Source: a virus
DNA length: 64,000 bases
Strand: one strand, 5' to 3'
IMG/VR virus record: IMGVR_UViG_3300027971_000047
Location: 6,639-70,638 of that record
How positions within the stretch are numbered: the first letter of the stretch is position 1; each line of letters starts with the position of its first letter. The position numbers and the translations under genes are program-made. Shown in pieces: positions 28,965 through 39,021 of this stretch. The notes below the pieces were generated by a model. That model did no database searches and was not told the DNA's origin. It saw only the letters and a list, made by a program, of their open reading frames with translations.

Positions 28965-29677
28965 GCATCAGGTGGATAACAAAAGTTTGGGCGGATTCGC
29001 CCTACGACGGAACCCGTCTACTTATCCACCTAGCGCTCGCAGATATTTCTCATGATGATGGTCGCTTCTTTGCATCTCAAACTAATCTCTCAACCAAAGG
29101 TCGATGCTCTGTTGAGTATGTCCGAAAGGTTATTAACGAGATGATTGCTGAAGGACATTTGAAGATTATTACCAAGGGAAACTCAAGGGGTAATGCAACC
29201 GTCTACCAGTTGCTATGGAAGAAACTCCCCAACTCTCTTGGGGAGGAACAAAGTTTAGGGGATGTAGAACTCCCCAACTCAGATACCCCCAACTCCCCAA
29301 CTCTAGTGGTTCAACTCCCCAACGCCACTCCGTACCATCCGTCCTATACATCCGTCCTATCTACAACAAAGAGCGATGAAACTGCTATCGCAGTTATCCC
29401 GCTCTCGGAAGCAGTTGCTAGAAAATGGTGGGAGAAGCAAAGAGTTAAACCTTTAGGCAAAAGTGCATGGCACTCATTACTGGCAATATGCCAAGCGGCA
29501 GATAAGCGTGGCTATACAAGTGAACAAATTGAACAGGCGTTAGATTACATTGGCACAGTTCCATCAATGAGACAAATGGATTTAGTCCTTAGAGGAGTAG
29601 GAGTTAAAACAAAACATGAACAATCAGCAATCAGAGCAATTGACCTTGCAGAAAAGTTCCGCAATGAATCTATCTGA
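28961..29677 (+). CDS. Replication initiator (HTH) protein
   Basis: RLL.HLALAD..HDDG..F.S N-terminal HTH; internal iteron-like repeats. Confidence 0.7.
   Translation: MSIRWITKVWADSPYDGTRLLIHLALADISHDDGRFFASQTNLSTKGRCSVEYVRKVINEMIAEGHLKIITKGNSRGNATVYQLLWKKLPNSLGEEQSLGDVELPNSDTPNSPTLVVQLPNATPYHPSYTSVLSTTKSDETAIAVIPLSEAVARKWWEKQRVKPLGKSAWHSLLAICQAADKRGYTSEQIEQALDYIGTVPSMRQMDLVLRGVGVKTKHEQSAIRAIDLAEKFRNESI
29223..29361 (+). repeat. Iteron-like direct repeats, probable replication origin
   Basis: AACTCCCCAAC at 29223, 29268, 29291, 29313; CATCCGTCCTAT twice from 29336. Confidence 0.7.
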
Positions 29678-30062
29678 CATAGCAGTTCTTGTCGGGTTTA
29701 TTGGAATTTATGACTTGCGTATTCAAGTCGATGAGTTGAAGGTAAGAGCATGGGCAGAATCTCTTGATAGAGATTTAACCTTAGAAGAAGCCAAAACAAT
29801 AGTTTCTTGGCACTACGCTAATTTTGACACAGCGATTACCCCCTCACATATAAACAAAGAGTTGCGTCGTAGAATGGCGGATTCAAGGGAGCAAGAAAAA
29901 AGTAGATTGATGTCTTTGGAGTGGGAGCAAAGAGAAAAAGAAAAAGCATCTCCCGAAGTTATTGCAAAATGGAAAAAAGAATTTCTTGATTACATGAATA
30001 GAAACAGGGTAGAGGATGCTCCGTTGGAAAATGATAGCGACACGGTGGCACCTAACCCATGA
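29664..30062 (+). CDS. Helicase loader/inhibitor-like protein
   Basis: D.R.....V.AW...L, HY......I.P.HI; follows initiator. Confidence 0.45.
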   Translation: MNLSDIAVLVGFIGIYDLRIQVDELKVRAWAESLDRDLTLEEAKTIVSWHYANFDTAITPSHINKELRRRMADSREQEKSRLMSLEWEQREKEKASPEVIAKWKKEFLDYMNRNRVEDAPLENDSDTVAPNP

Positions 30063-30161
30063 GGATATTCCTATTTGTAACTTGGTTCAGGCAATGGAAA
30101 TTCAAACGGAGTCAAAAGTATGCCCTGCTTGCTTGGACGCCCTCGCGGATGAAAGACTCCA

Positions 30162-30551
30162 ATGGCAAAACCTAAACCTAACCGAGTATCTGAAGAAACC
30201 CGATGGACAGTCTTAGCCCGTGCTTTCTATAAATGCGAAAGATGTAATCGAGATTTTCTAGGTTATCCAATGTCAGTTCATCACAGGCGCCCTCGGATGA
30301 TGGGTGGTTCAAAGAATGAAATGCTTCATGAACCAGCGAATCTTATTATTCTTTGCGGTACTGGAACTAGCGGATGTCATGGATGGGTTGAGTCCAATAG
30401 AGATAAAGCCCGAGAGAGTGGATACTTAATTCAAAAGATTGAATCGGCAGAAGAGATTCCTTTTCGAGATGAAAATGGTTCTTGGTGGAGCATTGACAAT
30501 TATGGACAGAAAACCCAACTGGACATGATTAGGAGTACCCCTCATGCTTGA
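30162..30551 (+). CDS. HNH endonuclease
   Basis: CERC, HHRRPR, NLIILCG...GCHGWVE. Confidence 0.8.
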   Translation: MAKPKPNRVSEETRWTVLARAFYKCERCNRDFLGYPMSVHHRRPRMMGGSKNEMLHEPANLIILCGTGTSGCHGWVESNRDKARESGYLIQKIESAEEIPFRDENGSWWSIDNYGQKTQLDMIRSTPHA

Positions 30552-30554
30552 GCC

Positions 30555-30962
30555 ATGGAATGTATGTGTCAGGTTGATGAGAGCGAGCAGACGATTTATC
30601 GTCTCGAGTTTAATCAACGACCTTGGCTCACAAATGCCGAACGCGCTGGTAACCGATGGGAGCAAGCAAAACAGACAAAGGCTTGGCGAGCGGGTTTTCA
30701 ACTCTTGGCTAAATATGAGAAGATACCACCTATGGCGTGGATTACCGTTACGGTGGAACCACATCAGAAGGGTGGTCGTCCACAAGATGTAGGGGCATGT
30801 AACCCCTCAGTCAAAGCGGCGATTGACGGACTTGTAGATGCAGGAGTTCTTCCTGATGATTCTGCAAAGTTTGTTAAGTCGCTAACTTTTCTGCCAGCAA
30901 AGATGGATAAAAATTCGTTAGTTATTTACATCCGAGGAGTAAAGAAAGAGAGGACATATTGA
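30555..30962 (+). CDS. RusA-like Holliday junction resolvase
   Basis: D.....P.VKAAIDGLVDAGVLPDDS. Confidence 0.75.
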   Translation: MECMCQVDESEQTIYRLEFNQRPWLTNAERAGNRWEQAKQTKAWRAGFQLLAKYEKIPPMAWITVTVEPHQKGGRPQDVGACNPSVKAAIDGLVDAGVLPDDSAKFVKSLTFLPAKMDKNSLVIYIRGVKKERTY

Positions 30963-31165
30963 ACTGGAATTTAATATGGACAGTTGTTGGATTAGCAGTC
31001 GTTAGTTTTTTTATACTGCCAATTTATATTGCAATGGCAATTGCTTATAGTAAAACCATTATGAAAACGGAATTGGAATTTATCGCAACCGCTGGACAGA
31101 TTCAAAAGAAAGTTAAATTTGATGATGCAGTCGAACGCCTGTTCGAAGATGGAGAAGCAATATGA
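30959..31165 (+). CDS. Small membrane protein
   Basis: N-terminal hydrophobic helix; GAGAGGA RBS. Confidence 0.55.
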   Translation: MNWNLIWTVVGLAVVSFFILPIYIAMAIAYSKTIMKTELEFIATAGQIQKKVKFDDAVERLFEDGEAI

Positions 31166-31461
31166 GTACAGTAATGGAAGCAACAGAGTTAGACGGCAAA
31201 GGATTAGATGAGGTAAAACTTCTCACCGATGCAATCCGTACTCATCAAGTACAGATTCAAGATTTAGGCAAACGCCGTAAGCAGTTGATTCTTCGATTGC
31301 GTAAACAGCGCATCACCTATCGAGAGATTGCTGAAGCCATGGGAGTATCCGAGCAGTTGATTTACAAAATCATCCGCAATGATATTTCTCGCACCCCTGA
31401 GTACGATGCTCAAGGTAACTTAGTTCGCAGACGAGGACGACCAGCGAAACAACTTGCTTAA
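31162..31461 (+). CDS. HTH DNA-binding protein
   Basis: ITYREIAEAMGVSEQLIYKI; C-terminal RRRGRP. Confidence 0.75.
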   Translation: MSTVMEATELDGKGLDEVKLLTDAIRTHQVQIQDLGKRRKQLILRLRKQRITYREIAEAMGVSEQLIYKIIRNDISRTPEYDAQGNLVRRRGRPAKQLA

Positions 31462-32552
31462 TGAAATTTATAGAGTTGTTCGCAGGAGTTGGTGCGTTCA
31501 GACTTGGACTTGAAAGAACTGGTCATGAGTGTGTATGGGCTAACGAATGGTTAGAGAGACCGAGGAAAATTTATGCACGAAATTTCGGAGAACAACCTGA
31601 CGGACGAGATATTCGAAATGTTTCCGTTGGAGACATTCCTGATGCCGACCTCCTCGTTGGAGGATTCCCTTGTGCGACTTTTTCAATTGCAGGAAAGCGA
31701 ACTGGATTCTCCTTGGATGACACCCGAGGGACACTTGCTTTTGAAATGTTTAGACTCGCTAGTGAAAAAAGAATACCTTACATACTTTTTGAGAATGTCA
31801 AAGGACTCCTCAACCACGACCAAGGAAGAACATTTGAAGTCATCCTCGAAGTCTTGGATGGCTTGGGGTATGACTGTCAATGGGAATTGCTTGACAGCCA
31901 AAATTTCGGAGTCCCGCAACACCGAGAAAGGATTTTCCTTATCGGAAATCTTAGAGGAAAACCCCGACCAAAAGTATTTCCTATCGGAATCTCAAGTGCA
32001 GAGAATGATGAGTCGAACGAAAAAGAACAAGGAAGAAGGGAGGGGCTTCTCTCCAACATTTCTCCAACGCTCGATGCCCACTATTACAAAGGGGGAGCAT
32101 CTCGACCTTATGTAATGGAAGATTTTCCCGAGTTAGAAGTTGCTCAATGGAGAAGAGGATATTTTCGACAATATAAAAGTGAAGGAGTTCCTACTTTAAC
32201 GGCAAACATGGGAACTGGAGGACATAATGTTCCTTTTGTAAAAGCGATTCTTGATGTAGCAAGAGTCAATAAATCGCCAAACGGAAGGATGATTAAAGAA
32301 GATAACGAACCAATGTACACAGTTACTTCTCAAGATAGGCACGGCGTTGTAGTTGGAGATGAAAATTCAGTTGCAATTAGAAAATTAACACCGCTTGAAT
32401 GTGAAAGACTTCAAGGATTACCTGATGGATGGACGGAGTTTTACGATGATGGACGACGAGTTTCAGATGCCGAAAGATATGAACGGTGCGGAAGAACAAT
32501 TACGATTCCAGTCGTGGAAGCAATTGGTAGAAGGCTTCATGAGTTCTACTGA
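31461..32552 (+). CDS. DNA cytosine-C5 methyltransferase family protein (candidate carboxymethyltransferase)
   Basis: ELFAGVG, GGFPC, ENVKG, Q.RER, RKLTPLECERLQG; motif X reads CGRT. Confidence 0.9.
   Translation: MKFIELFAGVGAFRLGLERTGHECVWANEWLERPRKIYARNFGEQPDGRDIRNVSVGDIPDADLLVGGFPCATFSIAGKRTGFSLDDTRGTLAFEMFRLASEKRIPYILFENVKGLLNHDQGRTFEVILEVLDGLGYDCQWELLDSQNFGVPQHRERIFLIGNLRGKPRPKVFPIGISSAENDESNEKEQGRREGLLSNISPTLDAHYYKGGASRPYVMEDFPELEVAQWRRGYFRQYKSEGVPTLTANMGTGGHNVPFVKAILDVARVNKSPNGRMIKEDNEPMYTVTSQDRHGVVVGDENSVAIRKLTPLECERLQGLPDGWTEFYDDGRRVSDAERYERCGRTITIPVVEAIGRRLHEFY
31573..32115 (+). CDS. Overlapping alternative-frame ORF inside the methyltransferase
   Basis: 180 open codons; SWMAWGMT.NG.CLT...SE....GFSLSEILE...KYFLS. 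Confidence 0.45.
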   Translation: MHEISENNLTDEIFEMFPLETFLMPTSSLEDSLVRLFQLQESELDSPWMTPEGHLLLKCLDSLVKKEYLTYFLRMSKDSSTTTKEEHLKSSSKSWMAWGMTVNGNCLTAKISESRNTEKGFSLSEILEENPDQKYFLSESQVQRMMSRTKKNKEEGRGFSPTFLQRSMPTITKGEHLDLM

Positions 32553-33186
32553 GCCATTTTCGTTTGAAACCATAGGAAACTTTGACGAGCATATTGCTCA
32601 GTCAATTCCAAACTATCACACGCTAACTGAAGCAATCTGTGACTTGAGTACATACTTCATGACCGAAGATACTCAGGTGATTGACCTTGGATGTTCTACT
32701 GGCAAACTTTTAGAAAGACTCCCTCACCGTGGTAAGAAAGTTGGAATTGATATAGCCGATAATCTTTTGCCTGAGTCCCATGATGAAACTCTATATGTTC
32801 GCAAAGACCTCAGAGCCTTTACTGCCCTTGGTAAATCCAGTCTGATTCTTTCAAACTTCACACTTCAATTTCTTCCATACGAGGACAGACCAAACATCCT
32901 AAGCATCATCTATGAATCTCTAATTGAGGGCGGGGCATTTATATGGGCTGAGAAAGTCCGAGAAGAATCAGGTGAACTCGAGCAAGTAATCCACGGCGCC
33001 CATTATGACTTCAAGCGCAAAGCCTTTAGTGCCGACGAGATACTAAACAAAGAGCGCGACCTCCGACCTATTATGAAGATAAACACCTCAATCCGAAATC
33101 AGATATTGGCAGAGAACGCAGGGTTTACAGTTGGCACAATGTTTTGGAAGTTCTTTAACTTTGAAGCATGGATATACATAAAGTGA
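32539..33186 (+). CDS. CmoA-like (carboxy-SAM synthase-like) SAM-dependent enzyme
   Basis: FDEHIAQSIPNY, DLGCSTG, NFTLQF, AEK, FNF. Confidence 0.75.
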   Translation: MSSTEPFSFETIGNFDEHIAQSIPNYHTLTEAICDLSTYFMTEDTQVIDLGCSTGKLLERLPHRGKKVGIDIADNLLPESHDETLYVRKDLRAFTALGKSSLILSNFTLQFLPYEDRPNILSIIYESLIEGGAFIWAEKVREESGELEQVIHGAHYDFKRKAFSADEILNKERDLRPIMKINTSIRNQILAENAGFTVGTMFWKFFNFEAWIYIK

Positions 33187-34370
33187 AAGCGAACATAAAA
33201 GTTGGACAAGTTGCTTCAGTTGCGCTTAACACGCTCGAGAGTTACCCAACAAATCCACGCAGAGGTGATGTTGAGGCGATTGCTCAGTCACTCAAAGCCC
33301 ATGGGCAATATCGTCCAATTGTTGTTCAGTACGGAACGAATTTCATTTTGGCTGGTAACCACACCTACAAAGCGGCAAAGAAACTTGGCTGGAAGAAAAT
33401 CAAGATTACTTATGTAGATGTAAATGAAGAGAGCGCTCGCAAGATTGTCTTGGCTGATAACCGCATAACTGACCTTGCAACATATAACGAACCGTTACTT
33501 AAGAGTTTATTGACCACACTCCCTGAACTCGAGGGAACAGGATTCACTCAAGCCGAGGTTGAGATTTTAGATAGGCTTATGAATGGCAAGGAAAAAGATA
33601 ATGTGGGCGGTTCTAAGTCTTTACCTAGCGACCCTGAAGTAAAGATTAGCGCTTGGAAGTTTACGGTTGAGAGTACCGTCTATAAGGCTTGGCGAGAACA
33701 ACTATATGAAGAGTTCACAACAAAACAAAAAGCCTTGAAAGAAATCAAATCAAGATTAGGATTACCTGAACGCAAACCCGTTGAGCCTGAACCAAGTGGC
33801 GAGCGCTCCGAGGTAACCGCTTCAGATATAGAGACAGTTGAGATTAACGAGATAAAGATTCACCCGCTAAATCCAAGAGAGGGCGACATCGGTTCAATCA
33901 TTGAGTCCCTTACCTACATGGGTCAATACCGACCTATCGTAGTTAATAAAAGAACAAAACATATTCTCTCAGGCAATCACACCTACCAAGGTGCGCTTCA
34001 ATTGGGCTGGGAGAAAATTGCCGTTCATTGGGTTGATGTCGATGATATAGAGGAAATCAAAATCCTTATCGTTGATAATCGAACCTCTGACTTGGCAACT
34101 TATGACCCACAGGAGTTGAACAAACTTCTAACCAGTACGGGCTTGCAGGGAACAGGCTTTAGTTCTGAAGAGGTGGCTGAAATTCTCGCGGGAGGGAAAT
34201 CCAAGCCTGGGCATATTCCCGTGGGTCGTACAACAATTAAAGTCGGTGACCATAATATGAGAGTTCACAGCGAGGACTTAAACCAATGGGCTAACACTAT
34301 AAATGGTTGGAAAGACATTGCTGAGTTATTATTTATCCCCATAGAAGCGTGTGAAGTTGAGGAGAATTAA
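33183..34370 (+). CDS. Protein with tandem ParB-like domains
   Basis: Two NPR.GD...GQYRPIVV...IL.GNHT...DNR units. Confidence 0.8.
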   Translation: MKANIKVGQVASVALNTLESYPTNPRRGDVEAIAQSLKAHGQYRPIVVQYGTNFILAGNHTYKAAKKLGWKKIKITYVDVNEESARKIVLADNRITDLATYNEPLLKSLLTTLPELEGTGFTQAEVEILDRLMNGKEKDNVGGSKSLPSDPEVKISAWKFTVESTVYKAWREQLYEEFTTKQKALKEIKSRLGLPERKPVEPEPSGERSEVTASDIETVEINEIKIHPLNPREGDIGSIIESLTYMGQYRPIVVNKRTKHILSGNHTYQGALQLGWEKIAVHWVDVDDIEEIKILIVDNRTSDLATYDPQELNKLLTSTGLQGTGFSSEEVAEILAGGKSKPGHIPVGRTTIKVGDHNMRVHSEDLNQWANTINGWKDIAELLFIPIEACEVEEN

Positions 34371-34508
34371 ATGAAATTACTAGGGTTTGAGATAACCAAA
34401 CTAGAGGACAAGTCTGAGAAAAAGACTGTTAATTGTTACCATTGCGGAAAACAATTTGAAACTGGTGTTAATAACATCCGAGCCTACAACTACTGCTCCA
34501 GTTGTTAA
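34371..34508 (+). CDS. Small zinc-finger protein
   Basis: CYHC...CSSC; GAGGAG RBS. Confidence 0.5.
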   Translation: MKLLGFEITKLEDKSEKKTVNCYHCGKQFETGVNNIRAYNYCSSC

Positions 34509-34525
34509 GAGGGTAGAATAAACCC

Positions 34526-34654
34526 ATGGAGAAAAAGATAGGCAAGTATTGGTTCAATTGGGGACGAACAAGCGGATTCGCTTTAGGCTTCAACATCTCT
34601 AAATACAACTGGGGAATTGAATTAGGATTTTGGTATGTAGGGATGGAGTTTTAG
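34526..34654 (+). CDS. Small aromatic-rich protein
   Basis: TAGAAT 6 nt before ATG; stop overlaps GTG of terminase small subunit. Confidence 0.4.
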   Translation: MEKKIGKYWFNWGRTSGFALGFNISKYNWGIELGFWYVGMEF

Positions 34655-35172
34655 TGACAACAGCGGTAGTAAAGAAGAGCGCTAAACCTAAACCTAAAAC
34701 TGGTGGGCGAGCGCTGATGCTTCTTGATGAGGTAAAGCGAGAAGAGTTAATCAATCTTATTGTCCTTGGTATGCCAGTAAACAAAGCGGTAGCCATGGTA
34801 AATGTTTCTGAGTCCAGTTTCTATAACTGGATGAGCCGAGGAATGGTAGAACGAGATAGGTTGGCAACGATTTCCGATGCTAAACCTAAACCCGAGGAGA
34901 AAATCTACTTGGAGTTTTTGGAGTCTCTCACACGGGCGCGAGCGGAGGCAATCGCTAAAAAGGTTGCAGTTATATCCAGCGCCGCTAGTCAAGGAGATTG
35001 GAAAGCATCGGCTTGGTGGTTAGAGCGTCAAGTCCCTGAAGATTTTGGTCGCATCGATAAGCAAGAAGTCTTGAGTCATTCCGTGTCAGAGGTTAGAGTT
35101 ACAGTCACCATGGGAGAACTACAAGAGAAGATAGCCAAGGTTTTAGAGTCCCGTAAAACAAAGAGCGCTTAA
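34654..35172 (+). CDS. Terminase small subunit
   Basis: HTH, DWKASAWWLER motif, precedes TerL. Confidence 0.75.
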   Translation: MTTAVVKKSAKPKPKTGGRALMLLDEVKREELINLIVLGMPVNKAVAMVNVSESSFYNWMSRGMVERDRLATISDAKPKPEEKIYLEFLESLTRARAEAIAKKVAVISSAASQGDWKASAWWLERQVPEDFGRIDKQEVLSHSVSEVRVTVTMGELQEKIAKVLESRKTKSA

Positions 35173-35175
35173 ATT

Positions 35176-36777
35176 ATGACCGAGAGACTTCTCGATAAGT
35201 TCCTCGAAACAGATTCCAATAAACAGGCTGAGTTACTTGCCATGCTCACACCTGAAGAGCGTCATGCCCTATTAGTAATCCTTAATGCAGAATTAGAGAA
35301 CCCTTGGGCTAGATGGCAAAACGACCCTGTTGGTTTTATTGAGCAAGGGCTAGGTGAAACCCTATGGAGCAAACAAAAAGAAATTCTAACTTCATTAACA
35401 TTAAATAAAAGAACGGTAGTTCCTGCTTGTCATGCGCCTGGGAAATCTCACTTAGCGGCGCGAGCAGTTGCTTGGTGGCTATCAACACATGCGCCTGGGA
35501 CAGCGGTAGCAATTACAACAGCGACTACACATAGACAAGTTAGAAACATTATGTGGGCGCAGATTAGAAGAGTTCACGCTAGACATAACCTTCCTGGGGA
35601 AGCCGATACGGTTCAATGGAAAATAAATGGCACCGTAGTTGGATATGGATTTAGTCCCGCGGCGCATGATGAGACAGCGATTCAGGGTATCCACGCTCCT
35701 AATCTTCTTGTCGTAGTTGATGAGGCTGGAGGTTTATCTGACACAATCGGTACAGCCCTTGAGTCTCTAATGACGGGTGGTAATACGAAACTACTTGTCC
35801 TTGGTAATCCTCCAACAGATACAGAGCAAACATGGTTTGAGCGAATCTGCTCGAGTCCGCTCTACAATGTAATTTCAATCAGCGCTTATGACACTCCAAA
35901 CTTTACAGGTGAGGCAACAGGTAGGTGTAAGGCTTGCCCTGAGTACATAGAAGCCCATGAGGTTAAAACGCACTTAGTAGATAAAACTTGGGTCGATGAT
36001 GTGATGTCTGAGTTCGGTGAGGATTCTCCATTCGTTGAAGCCCGTGTCATGGCGCAATTTCCTAAGTCAAGTACAGGCAAGGTAATTCCGTTCGCATGGG
36101 CTGAGTTAGCAACAGAAAATGAAACACCAATTGAATCTAAGATAATTAAACTAGGAGTTGATATTGCATCAGATGGCGGAGATGAATTTGTTATTGCTAG
36201 ATTAGATGGCGGAGCAGTAAGCATTGTTCATCGCTCATCAGGTAAGCAAAATGCTAACGCAGTTGATGTGGCTGGTGTAGTTATGCGAGAGATTGAAGTT
36301 TGCATCAAGATTCATCAAGATAGAGAAGTTAAAGACAGGATTCGAGTCAAGGTCGATACCATCGGATTAGGTTGGGGTGTTGTCTCCATGCTGGATAGAT
36401 GGTGCAAAGAGCGCTCGCTACCCGCTGACATCATTGCAGTCAATGTAGCGGAGAAGCCTAAAGACCAAGCCAAGTTTAAGAATCAAAGAGCAGAGATGTG
36501 GTGGAACGCTAGGCAGATGGTTCAACCTAAAGATGGCAAACAAGATATTAGATTAAATGTAGATAGGTTCGTGCTATCTCAAATGGCAGGTCCAACATAT
36601 ACATCGGATGCTTCAGGTCGAGTTGTTATTGAATCCAAGATAGACATGAAGAAGCGAGGAGTTGCATCCCCTGACAGAGCCGAGGCAGTTTTGTTAGCCC
36701 TCTATGAAAATCGTTCAGTTATTCAAAGCATCGCGCCAATATCTATTGGGCAATCAAATCAATGGGGAACCTTGTAA
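35176..36777 (+). CDS. Terminase large subunit
   Basis: HAPGKS (Walker A-like), VVVDEAG, GNP, LGVDIA, SPDRAEA. Confidence 0.9.
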   Translation: MTERLLDKFLETDSNKQAELLAMLTPEERHALLVILNAELENPWARWQNDPVGFIEQGLGETLWSKQKEILTSLTLNKRTVVPACHAPGKSHLAARAVAWWLSTHAPGTAVAITTATTHRQVRNIMWAQIRRVHARHNLPGEADTVQWKINGTVVGYGFSPAAHDETAIQGIHAPNLLVVVDEAGGLSDTIGTALESLMTGGNTKLLVLGNPPTDTEQTWFERICSSPLYNVISISAYDTPNFTGEATGRCKACPEYIEAHEVKTHLVDKTWVDDVMSEFGEDSPFVEARVMAQFPKSSTGKVIPFAWAELATENETPIESKIIKLGVDIASDGGDEFVIARLDGGAVSIVHRSSGKQNANAVDVAGVVMREIEVCIKIHQDREVKDRIRVKVDTIGLGWGVVSMLDRWCKERSLPADIIAVNVAEKPKDQAKFKNQRAEMWWNARQMVQPKDGKQDIRLNVDRFVLSQMAGPTYTSDASGRVVIESKIDMKKRGVASPDRAEAVLLALYENRSVIQSIAPISIGQSNQWGTL

Positions 36778-36948
36778 GTTATTCCTCATCCTTAAAATGC
36801 CAGTCAATCTCAATCCACTTGGAATCGTAATAAGCCTTCAAAGAAAAGCCTAGGGCAATAAAACTAACCGCGAGCGCGAGCCAATCCAACATTCAGAGTC
36901 CTAACTCTTGAGAGTCGAATCGTCCCACGCTTACGATAGATAAACCAA

Positions 36949-37350
36949 TTACGCATTAGCCAATACATTCTCAGGCTGGATGTCGTAAACAGATTCATAG
37001 AGCAGTTGTCCGCTCTCCCAATCTGTCCACTTGCCATCGCTTTTAATGCTGATGTCAGCACCAAAGATTTTCTTAGCGAGAATAAGTGAGGCAGTTACCA
37101 CCATGTCGTATGGCTTCTCCGCAGTCTTGCAGAATCCATCATCATAACTTGGTAGTTCGATATAGAAAGTCTCATGCGCTCCAGTTCCTACGCCATTGAA
37201 ACTTACATAATCTGATTCATACTTTTGCTCACCGATTTCGATTCCTGCCTCTTCAGCAGTAGCGACAATCTGCTTCACGCCTTCTAGGAACTCAGCAAAC
37301 TTTTCTTTCGTTGGCTGTTCCTGAAAAGCCCAGTAGTGTGTGTAACCCAT
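36949..37350 (-). CDS. Conserved phage hypothetical protein
   Basis: MGYTHYW...FNG...HETF...FCKT..KPYD. Confidence 0.7.
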   Translation of the reverse strand: MGYTHYWAFQEQPTKEKFAEFLEGVKQIVATAEEAGIEIGEQKYESDYVSFNGVGTGAHETFYIELPSYDDGFCKTAEKPYDMVVTASLILAKKIFGADISIKSDGKWTDWESGQLLYESVYDIQPENVLANA

Positions 37351-37351
37351 T

Positions 37352-37720
37352 TTATGCGTTCTCCTTTTCTAAGTATTTTTCTAAACATCTGTTTCTCCAC
37401 CAAGCGCCACCATAAGTTGATGCTGGAGTTAAAACATCGATGAATGATTTAGGAGCCTCGTAGTAAAGAGGTTCCTCTGATTCGCCTATGACCTTGCTAA
37501 ACACCTGACCATTCTTGCGCTGAGTCAAAATCACACAGGCAAAGACTGAGTTGTCCTCAAGTTTCTTTAGGGCTACATAGAAAGCCTTTTGACCGTTCTC
37601 GTTCTTGCCCTCGAAAATCTTGACGCTCTCATAGATTCCGTCATAAGTGCGACGGATGTAGTAATTGATAAATGCGTAAGTCGTGATATTAGAACCAACC
37701 TGAGTTACATCCCACCCCAT
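37352..37720 (-). CDS. Hypothetical protein (DUF6927-like)
   Basis: MGW..., K...E...P.YY.AP, WR.RC. Confidence 0.55.
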   Translation of the reverse strand: MGWDVTQVGSNITTYAFINYYIRRTYDGIYESVKIFEGKNENGQKAFYVALKKLEDNSVFACVILTQRKNGQVFSKVIGESEEPLYYEAPKSFIDVLTPASTYGGAWWRNRCLEKYLEKENA

Positions 37721-37889
37721 TATTGAACCTCCCGTGATAAGTTAGTTGAAAAGCCCCACTCAAGTTTTCTTTCGTGTTCTTTGATGTGTCTATCGGATGC
37801 TTGGCAAGCCTTGTTGAAAATCAAGAACTTACCGCGTTTGCCACAATCGCAAGTCCATCGAAAGTATTCGATTTCAAATGTAAGAGCCA

Positions 37890-38102
37890 TTAGTTGCTCA
37901 CCCCAATTCCAAATTCTTCTCTCATTGCTTGTTGGAAACTTCTTTTGATTTCTGCAACAGCCCATGAGAAATTTTCTTTCTCAGAGATGTTTTCTACATG
38001 AACGCCACTTTCTTTAGTGCCGTAATAAATCTCGTAGATGCCGTAGCCCTCTACTTTGTAAAGCCTGTACTGACCGATTTTCTTAAGTGCTTTCTGAGCC
38101 AT
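37890..38102 (-). CDS. Hypothetical early protein
   Basis: Preceded by AAC-N4-GTT, TATACT and GAGAGGAG RBS. Confidence 0.65.
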   Translation of the reverse strand: MAQKALKKIGQYRLYKVEGYGIYEIYYGTKESGVHVENISEKENFSWAVAEIKRSFQQAMREEFGIGVSN

Positions 38103-38579
38103 TTTGTTCTCCTCTCTAAGAACAACTCCAGTATATCACAACTCGGGTTGGTTATTCACCTTTTCGATAATGATTTCCTTAATTTTGTCGGTGTCCTCTT
38201 TGGATACCCCGACGCCTATAACCACGATTTTGTCTGACCAGTTACTCAATTTCCTGCCTCCTTTTTTAAGTCTTGGGCTATGTTCCAAGCCTGACGCTTT
38301 TGTGAAGGCAATTCTGCTTCACATTTTGAATTAGCAAACTGTTCTAATAAACCCGCAATAGTGTGCGCTCGCACCCCTGCGATTGTGATTTCGTCTTTCA
38401 TTATTCCTCCTCCTTCTCAATTTTGCCTTTGAACTCGATGCTTCTGATGTAAGCCCTGTTGTAAGCCAAGAAATGCTCAATCTCGCCAATGGTCTCGAAC
38501 TCGACATTGAATTCTTCAATCTGACCGTATGGGTCGTTTGGACTTCTACGCTCGATTTCTTTTTTAACTTTTGCTGTTA

Positions 38580-38825
38580 TCACTTAGCCACCTCACATTC
38601 AGCATTTTGTTCCAAGATGATGTCTCGGACAAACTCTCTATCGACGCTATCGCCACCACCCCAAGTTGTCTCTTCGACAATTTGACCGATGTAAGTTTTG
38701 ATGGCTTCTGTAATTACTTTAATGGTGGCGCCCTTAATTGGGAACACGCCATTTACAGGATTGTAGAAAGTATCTACATATTCAACGAAATCTAATATCT
38801 CGTTATTCTTAATTTGAATCGTCAT
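38580..38825 (-). CDS. Hypothetical early protein
   Basis: MTIQIKN start after GAGAGGAGG RBS and TATACT promoter. Confidence 0.65.
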   Translation of the reverse strand: MTIQIKNNEILDFVEYVDTFYNPVNGVFPIKGATIKVITEAIKTYIGQIVEETTWGGGDSVDREFVRDIILEQNAECEVAK

Positions 38826-39021
38826 CTTCTGTCCTCCTCTCAGGACTACACCAGTATAACACAACTGGGGTTAATAATCATCCCGAAACACAAAGAATCT
38901 TTATAGGTACAAATCGGACATGCCTCCTCCTGATACGCTTGGCTCATGTCTCTTACACCAGCAGTCTCCGCACTTTTGAAGGCATTATGCCCAACCGCGA
39001 CTCAGGATGTAAGAGCCACCT

